Origin: Perkinsela sp. CCAP 1560/9
Lineage: Eukaryota; Protista; Euglenozoa: Kinetoplastea
Length of the DNA: 64,000 bases
Direction of reading: 5' to 3'
NCBI GenBank assembly: GCA_965644495.1
Contig: CBFFSA010000007.1
Location: 620,001-684,000 of the forward strand
In this document: positions 33,058-43,884 of the stretch, piece by piece
How positions within the stretch are numbered: the first letter of the stretch is position 1
Layout: the number at the start of each line of letters is the position of its first letter
Program-made: the position numbers and the translations under genes
Notes under the pieces: generated by a model
The model's input: the letters and a program-made list of their open reading frames with translations, nothing else
Database searches by the model: none
What the model was told of the DNA's origin: nothing

Positions 33058-35469
33058 CTATTGTCTACGATATACATAAGCCCGCGAGGAACGAAACTCA
33101 ATGTCCCCTTTGCGCGTCATGGCGTACAAAGCAAGTTGCACCCACTTTCGGTCGTGGCCTTGTGAGCGCAACAGGTTCGTCAGGCGAACAGTTTTCATTC
33201 CGAACCCTACACTACAGTTGTGGCGAATCGCTGCCTCGACACGGTGCACACGGGCTTGCTCCGCGGGTGTGAGCGTCGAGATCGGAGTAGCACCCGCCTT
33301 GCTCGCTTCAACTGTACTGACCTGGAACAGTCGTATCGCCTCCTCGGCATGCGTTGCTGTGGCGACTTTGGAGAGTGTCATCTTTGCTAAGGCCTCCGTC
33401 ATGCGTACCAGACTTTCAAGCTGCCGCACGGTGAGATGGATGACACTATCGGAGGGATCGTCCCCGAAGAGGGCCTCGGTGGCCTCCGCTCGGATTTTGG
33501 TGAAGTAATTTTGCAGAACTTCCTTGGCTTGTGAACTGATCAATGGGGTGCATGAGGCTTTGGCAAAAGCAATGTATTTTTGTAACAATGCGGGCTCGAT
33601 AATATTAGGATTCGTGTGCGCCGCTCCAGAGTCAATGACTCCCGGACGTGAACGTTTGTGTCCTTGTTTGTGCAGCGACATTACGTGAGAGGCAATCCGA
33701 ACATCTCTTTGAAAATCCTTCACGTCAACCAGACGAAAGATACAATCAAAACGAGAAAGGATACTTGCCTGAAAACTAATTTGTTCGTCATCCGACTTGG
33801 TAGGGTCAAAGCTTCCCATTAACGGATTCGCCGCAGCTAACACACTACATCGCGCGTTGAGTACCGTAGAGATATTCGCTTTTGAGACCGAGATGGTTTG
33901 CTGTTCCATCGCTTCATGAATCGCAACCTGGTCTTGGATTCGCATCTTGTCAAATTCATCAATACACACCACCCCGCCGTCAGCCAGCACCAGCGAGCCC
34001 GCCTCCAGCCACCATTCCCCACCCTCCCCACGGACCACCGCCGCCGTGAGCCCTGCCGCGCTCCCGCCTTTCCCCGAGGTATACAACCCCACCGGAGCGA
34101 CCTTCTCCACATACTTCAATAGCTGACTCTTCGCCGTGGACGGATCCCCCATCAACAGCACATTCATATCTCCGCGAAGAATCGACCCGTCCTTAATCCG
34201 CTTCCTCGTCCCCCCAAACAGCAAACACGCAATCGCCTTTTTAATATCCAGTGCCCCAAACACCGCAGGGTCAATACTCGCGGCAATATCCTCATACAGA
34301 TGCGGTCGTTTCGCCAGAGCTTCAAAAATCTTCTCCTCCCTCGGTTGCCAAATCGGAAGCCGCAACATTGCATTCATCCCTTTACCCCACGAAGACGACG
34401 ACGACGACGACGACGACGAACCCGGACTCCACCACGAAATCGCGCCCCCCCTCCCCTCCCCCTCCCCCCCTCCCTCCTGCGACAACCCCATCCACCCCAC
34501 CCCTTTTAAATACGCCGTCCGTAGCCCCACCCCGTTTCGCGATCCATGATTTCCTTTGCCCCCCCCGCCCCCTCCCCCTCCCCCCCCTCTCTCCATCACT
34601 GCGTTCACCGCCACCACCCCCACCCGGTCCCCCGGCGCCACACGGTCGGTGAGGCCCCGGTCCACGAGCACCTCCACGCAGCGGGGCATCTCCCCCGGCG
34701 GGACCCCCTGCGGGAGCTCCTGGAGCCTCACCCGCTGCGCGTCCTCGTAGGCGCAGCTCTGGGCGAGCAGCGTGTAGGGCGCGGGGCGGCAGGGCGGGGT
34801 CCCGGGGAGGGGGCTGACGTTGGAGACGCAGCGCCGGGGGAGCTCCAGGTCGTTGCTGAGGGGGAGGGCCACGACGGTTTTACAGGACTGGCACTGGAGG
34901 AGGGCGCGGACGCAACGGAGACGGGTCTTGCCGACTTTGATCACCAGGCCGGGGACGCAGAGGAGGTGGGCGACGGGGACGTGGCTGAGGTCGCGGAGGG
35001 GGGTGAGTGGGGAGGCCCAGAGGATTTGGAGTTGGATGTCGTGGGAGGGGGTGGGGGTGGGGGAGACGGGGAAGTAGTGCTCGGCTTCGGCGATCTCGCG
35101 GAGGGCTTCTTCGAAGAGGAAGATACATTGTGTGGCGCGATCCCGTAGGGCGATGCCTAAATCCTGACTGAAGCAGATGGCATCTTCCCAGTTGATTTCT
35201 AAGAAGTTTCGACCAGAGTAGAGATTCGATTGTAGCTGCTTCATGTAGTCAAGCACGATGGCGTTCCGAGAGGATGCCCGATACGAGGAGATAAATTCTT
35301 TAAACATTCGCTTCAGACCTTCCGGTGAAGCTTGCCATCGAGGCAGGTCATTGGAAACACTCTCACCTTGAGAAGCACGGTCGGTTGTAACGTCCCAGCT
35401 GTAAGGTGCTTCACTAGGATCACCTTCGGTCGGTGACAGCACAGATACACGTCCTAGATCGTGTTGCAT
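33058..35469 (-). CDS. MCM5: DNA replication licensing factor MCM5
   Basis: GDPSTAKSQLLK Walker A, IDEFDKM, SRFD Arg finger, MCM5-type KKAIACLLFGGTRK and DQVAIHEAMEQQTIS; first ATG at 35469. Confidence 0.93.
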   Translation of the reverse strand: MQHDLGRVSVLSPTEGDPSEAPYSWDVTTDRASQGESVSNDLPRWQASPEGLKRMFKEFISSYRASSRNAIVLDYMKQLQSNLYSGRNFLEINWEDAICFSQDLGIALRDRATQCIFLFEEALREIAEAEHYFPVSPTPTPSHDIQLQILWASPLTPLRDLSHVPVAHLLCVPGLVIKVGKTRLRCVRALLQCQSCKTVVALPLSNDLELPRRCVSNVSPLPGTPPCRPAPYTLLAQSCAYEDAQRVRLQELPQGVPPGEMPRCVEVLVDRGLTDRVAPGDRVGVVAVNAVMERGGGGGGGGGGKGNHGSRNGVGLRTAYLKGVGWMGLSQEGGGEGEGRGGAISWWSPGSSSSSSSSSSWGKGMNAMLRLPIWQPREEKIFEALAKRPHLYEDIAASIDPAVFGALDIKKAIACLLFGGTRKRIKDGSILRGDMNVLLMGDPSTAKSQLLKYVEKVAPVGLYTSGKGGSAAGLTAAVVRGEGGEWWLEAGSLVLADGGVVCIDEFDKMRIQDQVAIHEAMEQQTISVSKANISTVLNARCSVLAAANPLMGSFDPTKSDDEQISFQASILSRFDCIFRLVDVKDFQRDVRIASHVMSLHKQGHKRSRPGVIDSGAAHTNPNIIEPALLQKYIAFAKASCTPLISSQAKEVLQNYFTKIRAEATEALFGDDPSDSVIHLTVRQLESLVRMTEALAKMTLSKVATATHAEEAIRLFQVSTVEASKAGATPISTLTPAEQARVHRVEAAIRHNCSVGFGMKTVRLTNLLRSQGHDRKWVQLALYAMTRKGDIEFRSSRAYVYRRQ

Positions 35470-36114
35470 GGACCATGAAAATTGTTTTTTTCGAGTCGAT
35501 AAAAAATCGTATATTTTCTGGAAAAAACTGTGATCTGCCTTATAAATACACACAAGTGTATCTGTAAGTGTGTGATAAAGTAAGTCGAACTTGGGAAGAA
35601 ACGCTCCTCAAAGATAAAGCTTGTACTTAACCTAAACCGAGAGTATCATTGAATCTCTCTCTTGAGAAACTACACTTTCTCAAAGCCTTTTTCTAAATCG
35701 TATACGCCATATGATCTACAAATAACGACACGGCCACACGATAAAATAATTTTTGTTTTCATTTCATTCAAGCTGCTCGTTTCAAGCTGTTGATATACAC
35801 CGGCCCAAGCAAAACAAAAATACTACCTTTTTTCTCCATCACTTAATCAAGGAATAAGATTGGGATATGTTTCCTAAAAATAATTCTTCAAAAAAATACC
35901 GAAAACTAAAAACAACACACGACGCAAATGTGATTCGCGTTCGAACACCCCTAAGGGAATCTGTGTATAACTGAAACCTCACTTCAAATACTAAAAAAAA
36001 CTATTCACCAGCGCGCCAACAAAAATAACACATATAATAAAATATTAGTATTCTATCGCACGTGCCAATCAAAGAAACCCACTACTCAACTCATCAGACC
36101 TTATTCGCGCAGCT

Positions 36115-39027
36115 CTACAAATAGTACGGCATTTGTCGCAGTTCCATTCCCACGTTTGGCTTGGCAGCGGAGGAGGTTCCGTGGAAGAATGCCAACTTGC
36201 TTGCGCATTGCAGGACGAAGGGTGCCTTGATGGATCCGGGCCAGTTCGTGTACATCCAGCACAGGTGGTAGGACATGTTCTCTATAGCTTGCAAGGGCAA
36301 ACCGCCATCACGGAGCACAAAGTACTTGACCGGTTTCGAGGTAGCCAGGGTGCAGTCGACAGCGATTTGGGAAAAGGAGTGGGAGCTGTGCTCGACAACA
36401 TGTCCACGAGGAATGTTGTGCCACTCCACCCGTCCGCCCTTTGATACTGGCGCTGCGTAGCGATCATGAATACGTTTCTGGACTACCATGAAGGTAAGTT
36501 CAACGTTTTTGCTTCCGAGTAATTTTTCACAGTCCGCCATCTCTTCAACGCGCACACGGTCCATCATGCTGTCTCCCACACCGTCGCGGTACACTACAAC
36601 GCGTCCGACATTGGAACCTTTCACGAGCACCTCGAACACTTCTTCGAGAAATTCCTTCAATGTAGTCATGCTCATGCGATCCATCACTGGGCTACGTCCG
36701 TCAGTCTGCTCACTCGCGGCTCCAGCATTGCGGCGGCTTTCAGTCGATGATCCTCCCATCATCTTCTGTCGGGACACCTGCATGTCTGTGTTGCACAAAT
36801 GGCTCCACTTTCGAGTCTCCGCATTGTAGTACCAGGCTACAAAACCAGCGAGGTTGCGACGTTGATTTTCGAAGGATCCGGATTCACTTGCTTCGCTTTT
36901 GCGATCGCTATAGATATCGTAGCCCACGTAGATGGTGCCATTTGCTCCAAGCTCCGGAACGTTGCTCGGAATGTCAACCAGCCACAATGGCGTACCCATC
37001 TTAGCAGTCACATTCTTCGCAATGTTGTGAACATAGGGTCCTGCCGTTTTTGCCTTGCTCATCTTGTCAAAGTCTACGAATTGGGAGACGATGCCCATAG
37101 ACCCCAGTTCGCTCTTCAACGTGCCGTAGGCATCCTGACCACGTGTGCTGTGGCCGTTGCTGAGGACGCATAGCACAAGGGCGGGTGTACCTTCCGCCAT
37201 GGCCTGGCGTACGGCATCGGTTCGCACGGAGTCCAAGCATTTGTCGATAAAGTCGCGGTCGTCTTCACCACTATCGACGAAGGTGACAGGTCCTTTCGCC
37301 TTCCATACGCCACGAATGCGTTCGTTGACATCCATAATTTGACGCACTAAGTCACGAGCCTTAGCACCCCAACCAAAGACTTGGTATTCTTTGCGTTCCT
37401 CGTTGAACTGAATCCGCATGGTCTGGGGAGCGAAATCTTGATTCGGGCGGAGAGTCTCTGGAGAGCCAACGATCTGGACTTTGACGGTCTTCATTTCTTT
37501 CGGTTGTATGGTTTCCAATGCCGCATTCTTGATCTGAAGGCCGTATCCGCTCAGGAGCTCTTTCGGTTCCTGTTCATCGAATCTCTTCACCAACTTGATA
37601 CACTGATCTTGCATTTCCTCGGGCATCTTGGAGCATCGCGTCGGAAGGAAGCGTCGTGCTTCAGTGCTTAATTGGTCCACAAGGACGAATTCAGGAATGA
37701 GGCGGACGCGGCCGGAGCGCTCACCCCAGATAAGAGGCTGATCCGTCTTTGTAACCTCCAACCCATACGTCTCCTTGTAGTAATCCGCATAAGAGATCGT
37801 TCGTCCGCTCTTAAGCTCGAAGACGGACTCCACCGTCGTCCCCTTATCCACTTTGTAGACCATGTAGTTGCGCTTCCTCGTTCCGTAAGACGTCATCACC
37901 TTGAGACCCAGCAGACTGCGCGGCCCGTTCTTGTTGAGGTAGTCCAGCGCAGTTACACGTGCTTCCACATGACTTCGAGGATGAACAATGAGAACAACAC
38001 CGTTGTCTGTCAACTGGAATGTTGCAAAGTAACCAGGTACCACAATCATATCGCGATACACACGTTGCCGAGTGAAATCGCAGTATATTTTTCCTGTTCG
38101 GCGAAGATCTAATGATTCCAGAATTCGGCATAACACATGATTGTACACTTGCATCGTTTGTTCCTCATTAGAGCGGGGGTTGAGTTGCACCTTAGTGATG
38201 TCTTCTTTGCGTAGTTCCATTGTGGTCTTGAAAGATCCAAGGGAGACTTCACGTGAAAGCGGTTCTTGCAAATGTTCGGAGATATCCTCAAGGCAATAAA
38301 AGTTAGTTCCAGAGATGATCAAATCGAGCTTCTTGAGGTATTCCTTTTCTAAGACTTGGCGAAGATATCCGAATAGAAGCTTCTTACGTTGAATTTCGCT
38401 GATGTTTTCATTTTTCTCGATGCTGAGGGGATACATGTAGACCTCCGCCTTACTGATGGAGACACTGACAGCATTCCACATTACGTCGCGGCATGGTGCA
38501 CGCTGACGGAGGGCGTCACGTTCGGATGCCATCAAACGACCACGTTCCGTCCTGTCTTTATCAGCCCAGAAACGATCCCAACAGCCACTGCAACAGCGTT
38601 TATTGGGGACGTCCGCATGCTTTCCTACTCGGCATAACTTACCACAGCTGTCGCATTTGGCGTACTCGCTCCCAATGAAGGGCATCATGCTTCCGGTGCC
38701 CGGACCACCTCCCATGGGACCGCCCATCGGACGGGGACCACCGGGTGCACCACCCGGAGGGCCACCTGGTCGTCCTCCAGGAGCTGGGCCACGATCGTCT
38801 CTTCGGTAGTTGTCGTTTCGGCGATCATCGCGGCGGTTGTCATCCCGGCGATAGTCTTGGCGGTGGTCACGCGAGCGATCGTCCCTGCGATAGTCGTCGC
38901 GACGGTCATCGCGTCGATAATCATCACGACGGTCATCGCGCCGATAATCATCACGACGATCATCGCGCCGATAATCATCGCGCCGGTAGTCGTCACGTCG
39001 GTAGTCGTCGCGTCGATTGTAACTCAT
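36115..39027 (-). CDS. AGO1: Argonaute/PIWI protein, copy 1
   Basis: PAZ (ISYADYYKETYGLEVTKTDQPLI..LIPE), MID (YGTLK...IVSQ..N..AKMG), PIWI (VGYD, YRDGVG, VVQKR, NWPG..KLA). Confidence 0.92.
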   Translation of the reverse strand: MSYNRRDDYRRDDYRRDDYRRDDRRDDYRRDDRRDDYRRDDRRDDYRRDDRSRDHRQDYRRDDNRRDDRRNDNYRRDDRGPAPGGRPGGPPGGAPGGPRPMGGPMGGGPGTGSMMPFIGSEYAKCDSCGKLCRVGKHADVPNKRCCSGCWDRFWADKDRTERGRLMASERDALRQRAPCRDVMWNAVSVSISKAEVYMYPLSIEKNENISEIQRKKLLFGYLRQVLEKEYLKKLDLIISGTNFYCLEDISEHLQEPLSREVSLGSFKTTMELRKEDITKVQLNPRSNEEQTMQVYNHVLCRILESLDLRRTGKIYCDFTRQRVYRDMIVVPGYFATFQLTDNGVVLIVHPRSHVEARVTALDYLNKNGPRSLLGLKVMTSYGTRKRNYMVYKVDKGTTVESVFELKSGRTISYADYYKETYGLEVTKTDQPLIWGERSGRVRLIPEFVLVDQLSTEARRFLPTRCSKMPEEMQDQCIKLVKRFDEQEPKELLSGYGLQIKNAALETIQPKEMKTVKVQIVGSPETLRPNQDFAPQTMRIQFNEERKEYQVFGWGAKARDLVRQIMDVNERIRGVWKAKGPVTFVDSGEDDRDFIDKCLDSVRTDAVRQAMAEGTPALVLCVLSNGHSTRGQDAYGTLKSELGSMGIVSQFVDFDKMSKAKTAGPYVHNIAKNVTAKMGTPLWLVDIPSNVPELGANGTIYVGYDIYSDRKSEASESGSFENQRRNLAGFVAWYYNAETRKWSHLCNTDMQVSRQKMMGGSSTESRRNAGAASEQTDGRSPVMDRMSMTTLKEFLEEVFEVLVKGSNVGRVVVYRDGVGDSMMDRVRVEEMADCEKLLGSKNVELTFMVVQKRIHDRYAAPVSKGGRVEWHNIPRGHVVEHSSHSFSQIAVDCTLATSKPVKYFVLRDGGLPLQAIENMSYHLCWMYTNWPGSIKAPFVLQCASKLAFFHGTSSAAKPNVGMELRQMPYYL

Positions 39028-39889
39028 AGAATTTGGTTAAAAGTAGTTAAATTTTCAGGTTCCGTTGTATGTCCTTGTTGTATCTGACATACAACAATTA
39101 GGACATAATGTCCGAGAAACGACTTATTGATGTTGCATGTGATTAAACAGAGAAACTATGGGAGACTTTTATACATTCAGCGAATTGTGGGTTAAGTTGT
39201 TTCATATCAGCGAATCACTACAAGAGTAATCATCATGGAATTTTCTGGAGATACGTGGAAACAGTGTTTCATTGTGACAACCGGTCATCTACAGACTTTC
39301 CATTTCATTTTTATCCCCCCAGACCCTTTTTTCATTCATTCTCGAGCCAGCAATCCTTCGGAGGTTTCACCTGCTTCGGATTCCGCTCCTTCGATTTCAA
39401 GTCCTTCAATCGAGACTTCCCCAAGTCAACGAGATCGGATCGCAATCCCTGGACATAGCTACAACAATAATTTTTGTAATAATAATAATAATAATTAATA
39501 ATTATTATTATTAAATAAATCAAATTATTAATTTTATGTGTGCGACCAAGGCTTCACAACTCCGCAGTTTCCAGTCCCAAGCGTGGAGCAGGTCAATATG
39601 TGAAAACCAGGGGAGGAGGGGGAAGCATGTACTTTGTCTTATGTAAACTTGTGATCGTAATTGTGATCGAGCATTGTCGTGTTACTTTTATATGAACTCA
39701 TACACTCACTGTTTCCTCGTAAAAAAAGGGTTCCGAAAACGATGCTCAGATGTATCAGCGGTATTTATTAAATTTTGAACTATTCTTCTTACATTAGTAC
39801 TTCATTTTGTACACATTGTTGTACACTTTTTTGGCGACTTATATCACATTTAGAAATTACTTTACTTATTTTACTTGTTCCATTTATGA

Positions 39890-40117
39890 TCGAGACATGA
39901 GCTTCGCCTTGGATGTGTCTTTCGAGACACCTCTCCTTGGTTCCCATTACGTCTTGATTGGATGAACTGTCGGGTTCATGCCAGGGACATCGAGACATGG
40001 GTTTCGCCTTGGATGTGTCTTTCGAGACACCTCTCTTTGGTTCCCATTACGTCTTGATTGGATGAACTGTTGGGTTCATGCCAGGGACATCGAGACATGG
40101 GTTTCCCCTTGGATGTG
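39890..40117 (+). repeat. 100-bp tandem repeat (~2.3 copies)
   Basis: ATCGAGACATG...CCAGGGAC recurs at about 39889, 39989 and 40089. Confidence 0.85.
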
Positions 40118-40239
40118 CTGGGCAGCCCCAGCGTGATCCCGAAATCAACAGCCCCGTCTGAGGGGGGGGGCTACCAAGCTCCCTAGTAACCAACCGGGCC
40201 CTAAACCTATATCCCCTACCCAAGGGGGGGGGCGAGCAG

Positions 40240-40773
40240 ATGGCCCGCGAGACTAGCGCCGAGGCTGGCAGCCTCAGAGCGGACCCGTATCCAAAATCCC
40301 ATTGTAATGGGGGGTCCAAACTGCACTCTTGCGGGACGATGATGGAACGCATTGCATCGGCAGCTAAGGGCCCCAGCACCGCGGAAACTACGACGAAGGA
40401 CGGGGAGTCAGCCCTCAGACCAGGACCCAAACGGACCTTGACCCCTCAAACCCAAGTCGCTCAAACCGAGGAGAGAGGACCAGTCCCGTCCCCTGAACAC
40501 CTGGCAGAGTTACTGGCGAGGGGGACCCTGCGTAAACTTTACGCCATCCAAACCCCAGCCTGGAGGGAGTACGTAGCCAACGTCTGCCACGGCTTCCTAG
40601 ACAAGACAGTCGAGGGAAAAACCGAAGTAGCGTGGAACCTCCTACTCGGGGTCAAGCGCTTCCTCTTCTACCCCGAGGACAAACTATCCCAACGGCAACT
40701 CGCACGCGAACTACGAATGCGAGCACATCTCGAGGCTCGCATTCGTAGTTGCGCCATACATGAAATATATTAG
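40240..40773 (+). pseudogene. Probable retroelement (CRE-like) ORF N-terminal fragment
   Basis: GC-rich, opposite to the gene cluster, preceded by tandem repeats; only weak resemblance to CRE ORFs. Confidence 0.3.
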
Positions 40774-41002
40774 AAAAATATAACGTTTTAGAACCTTCTT
40801 GATGCCATACAGCTCGATCACGCGGCTTGAAGGTGAGGAAGCGACTTGCAAGCCACTCGCCTCTTGCATGATGCGTTTCCATTCGTTGTGAAGATGACCA
40901 AGGAGGTAAGATCTGTTGTTAAATTCAGAAGTTTGTTTGAAGTTCGAAGCATGAAGTCCGTACCTCTATTCGTGACATTTTTGGTTTTTTACTTTGAACT
41001 AT

Positions 41003-41385
41003 ACTCTTCTTATCTAGCTCATATTTATCCTGCAATTCCCTACATGTAGGGCATCAATAGAGATCAGCTAAACGACTTTCGTTGAACCTCGGCGAGTAAA
41101 TCCCCTTGTTATGCATACAGATCTCGGACGTCTCAGCTCTTACCTTTAGCCGGTAGTTTCGACGACCAATGATATTGGACCGGCACGCGGGCCGTCAATA
41201 ATTTCTGGGTGGACTATGGTGAAAATGTACCCTAAAAAACAAATTTTTGAAAATAACATTCTAACAAAAAACAAATGTGATTCGGCACTATTCTAAGACA
41301 CTTTGCGACAGTTTTCCCTGATAAACACAATAAAATTTACCGATGTCCTGCAAGATCATCAGTGGTAATCTCAGATTTCAAATGT
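41003..41385. repeat. ~380-bp repeat, also at ~45620-45997 and ~58697-59085
   Basis: TCTTATCTAGCTCATATTTATCCTG...GGTAATCTCAGATTTCAAATG in three places. Confidence 0.85.
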
Positions 41386-42853
41386 CTAGGTCCGGTAAGG
41401 GATGGTTAATTACGGGGCAAAATCCTGGTATGACGAAATGTGGTGTGGTAAGGGGGGAGGCGAAGTAAGGGGGGGGAGGTAACGGTAAGTGGTGGTGTGA
41501 TGTGGGTGGTCACTATTTCCCGAAAGTTTTTACTGCTGGAAGACATTACTCATGGACGCCGCCGCTGGTCACCAAATATGATTCATGGTTATCGATATTG
41601 TCGTACATGTTCAATTCACGACAAGCTTCAATTGCACCTCATGTGATCGCTAATCAAATATTTTTCCATGGCAACAGCGAGCAACTTGGCTACTTAACTG
41701 AGCATATGAATGAAGTGGCGGGTGAGGATGAGACGATGACGATGAAATATCGAATGGCGACCTCATTGGGGAGAGTAGTTCTGGAGAACATTGCATTCAG
41801 GAATCTTTTTTGGGAATGTTTTGAAAAGCTATTTTATGACCGAATAATATACAGTGGTTTCAATTCAACTTCCCCTCCCCCCGCAGAATTTTGAGTCTTT
41901 TTGTCCGTTTTTGCTCATTTTTGATCTCGTTCCCCTAGTGAAGTGCTTTGGCACCTTTTTTATAATAGGGACCCCCTAGTGCTCATACGTATCTCATACT
42001 GTGACCCCGCCTTAATATGCCCACATTTTTGGAGTTTGTGCATATAAAAGGGGGGGTGCATAATAAAGGGGGGGCGCGCCACTTCCCTCTCATACTGTAT
42101 GATTGGTCCTTGGAAATGCTGTTTTTCCTAATATTGCCGTTCTGTTGAGCCTCGTATTGTTTTATTGCGCGTTGTTGCTTTTCGCTCGACGATCTCTATG
42201 GCAATAATTTTTCTGTACCACTTCGTGCCAAGTTGAATGGCAATTGAAAAAAACGTAAAATGATCTCCTTTTTTAGCTGGCTTCGCAAAGTTTCACGAGC
42301 GTTACCCTAGTTATTTGGAGGGGTGACTCCTATCCAGGCGCTTCTAGGCGCTTCCAGTGAATTTCTATGGAGTTCGGACTTGGTAATTTGAGGATAAGCA
42401 ATGTAAACCCCCATATGGGGGGACATGGGGGGCACATTTTTTTTATTTTCTAAAATCTTGTCCAAGGAAGTGGCAGATTGGGCAGCGGCTATCGCTCGGT
42501 CCCGGTAATAAGGCATTTTGCACTGCGTCAACAAGAGATGAATGCTGTAAATTGTTGTTGTTTTTGTTGGTAACAAGAGCGCCCGCATTACAACCCCGTT
42601 CATCAAAAATGGGACTAACCTTTAGAGAGCTACGCGTCTTGTTTTTTGATAATTTTCTTTCAGGCTTCCTCACATTACTACAGAGAAGATCGCAAAAATA
42701 GTGTCGAAAGGCGCAAAAGACTAATATTTTAATTATTTGTATTTTATCCTCTTTTTTGTGCATTTAATGTGACTTTTGGAGTTTTCGTAAGAATTATTGA
42801 GAAAATTTAACCAGTTTTTAACATTACTCCCGATCTTTTTCCTTTAACGACAT

Positions 42854-43840
42854 ATGAATTCTAGCGATAGCGAAGAGCTGTCGAGCGGGGTCACTCTTTC
42901 GGATGAAAATGATTCTGATTGGAATCCATCAGATGAAATGGAATCAGATTTCTCTGAATCACAAGAATCGTCTTCTTTTTCGTCGAATGGTTCGTGTGCT
43001 TCTCTAGGATATGATTCGCCGCACGACGTACGTGTATTGTCTAGTTCATCCAGCTACTCAACTTCCAGTGGCTCGGAATCTTCGTATTCTTCTTCTTCGG
43101 AATCTTCGTATTCTTCTTCGGAATCTTCGTATTCTTCTGCTAGCGAAAGTAACGTTTCCTCCCCTCTCCCACTTTCCCCTCTCTTACTTTCTCCTGCACG
43201 CCGTGTTTGCTCTTCGACCCGCTCTCGCATTCCATCTTTTTCACCAGACTGTTTTCAAAGAAGTGGATCGTTGTCTCCAGGATTTGATGCCGAGCTATTG
43301 GAAGCGATACGTGATATTAAGGACGTTCACTCCGATATATCCCACCCAGCTGTTGACAACACCTTCTCTGATAGTTTACCCCCTGAAATGGAAGAACCAG
43401 ATTCCAAACAACCAACCAATCAGTTAATTACAGATCCAAGAGATGATCAATTAAAATCTTTGGAGAAAAAAATCAGTGCCAAAGATGCAGTTATCAAGAG
43501 GCTGCGCAACAAACTTTGCAAGACTAAACGCAAAGTGAAGACTCTTGAAAAGCGTGGAAGTAAGCAGAAGGAAGACTTTTTGGAGACCGAAAAGCGGAAA
43601 ACAGAAATGGAGATCAAAGTGGAAATATTAAAAAGGGACAACGCAAGCGCTCGCACAGAGTGTCAGGACCTGAAAAAACGTTTCAATCACTTAATGTGCG
43701 AGCGGCAGAAAACACTTAAAATAGTAAGCGAGTTCCGTCGCGCATCTCTGCTTGAAAAAAAAGAGCGAAGCGTTGGAAAGAAAAGAGGTCGTCCGATGAA
43801 AAAGAAAAATGAAAGAAAACGCTATCTAACTGCAGTTTAA
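42854..43840 (+). CDS. Ser-rich/coiled-coil ORF inside the Tc1-like element, probably the N-terminal part of a broken transposase
   Basis: 328 aa: acidic Ser-rich region, coiled coil, KKRGRP AT-hook/NLS-like motif; ends 44 bp before the DDE ORF. Confidence 0.6.
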   Translation: MNSSDSEELSSGVTLSDENDSDWNPSDEMESDFSESQESSSFSSNGSCASLGYDSPHDVRVLSSSSSYSTSSGSESSYSSSSESSYSSSESSYSSASESNVSSPLPLSPLLLSPARRVCSSTRSRIPSFSPDCFQRSGSLSPGFDAELLEAIRDIKDVHSDISHPAVDNTFSDSLPPEMEEPDSKQPTNQLITDPRDDQLKSLEKKISAKDAVIKRLRNKLCKTKRKVKTLEKRGSKQKEDFLETEKRKTEMEIKVEILKRDNASARTECQDLKKRFNHLMCERQKTLKIVSEFRRASLLEKKERSVGKKRGRPMKKKNERKRYLTAV

Positions 43841-43884
43841 CTGAATCTGGATTGTTTCTTTTGAAAGGTTAATATCAAACAGGT

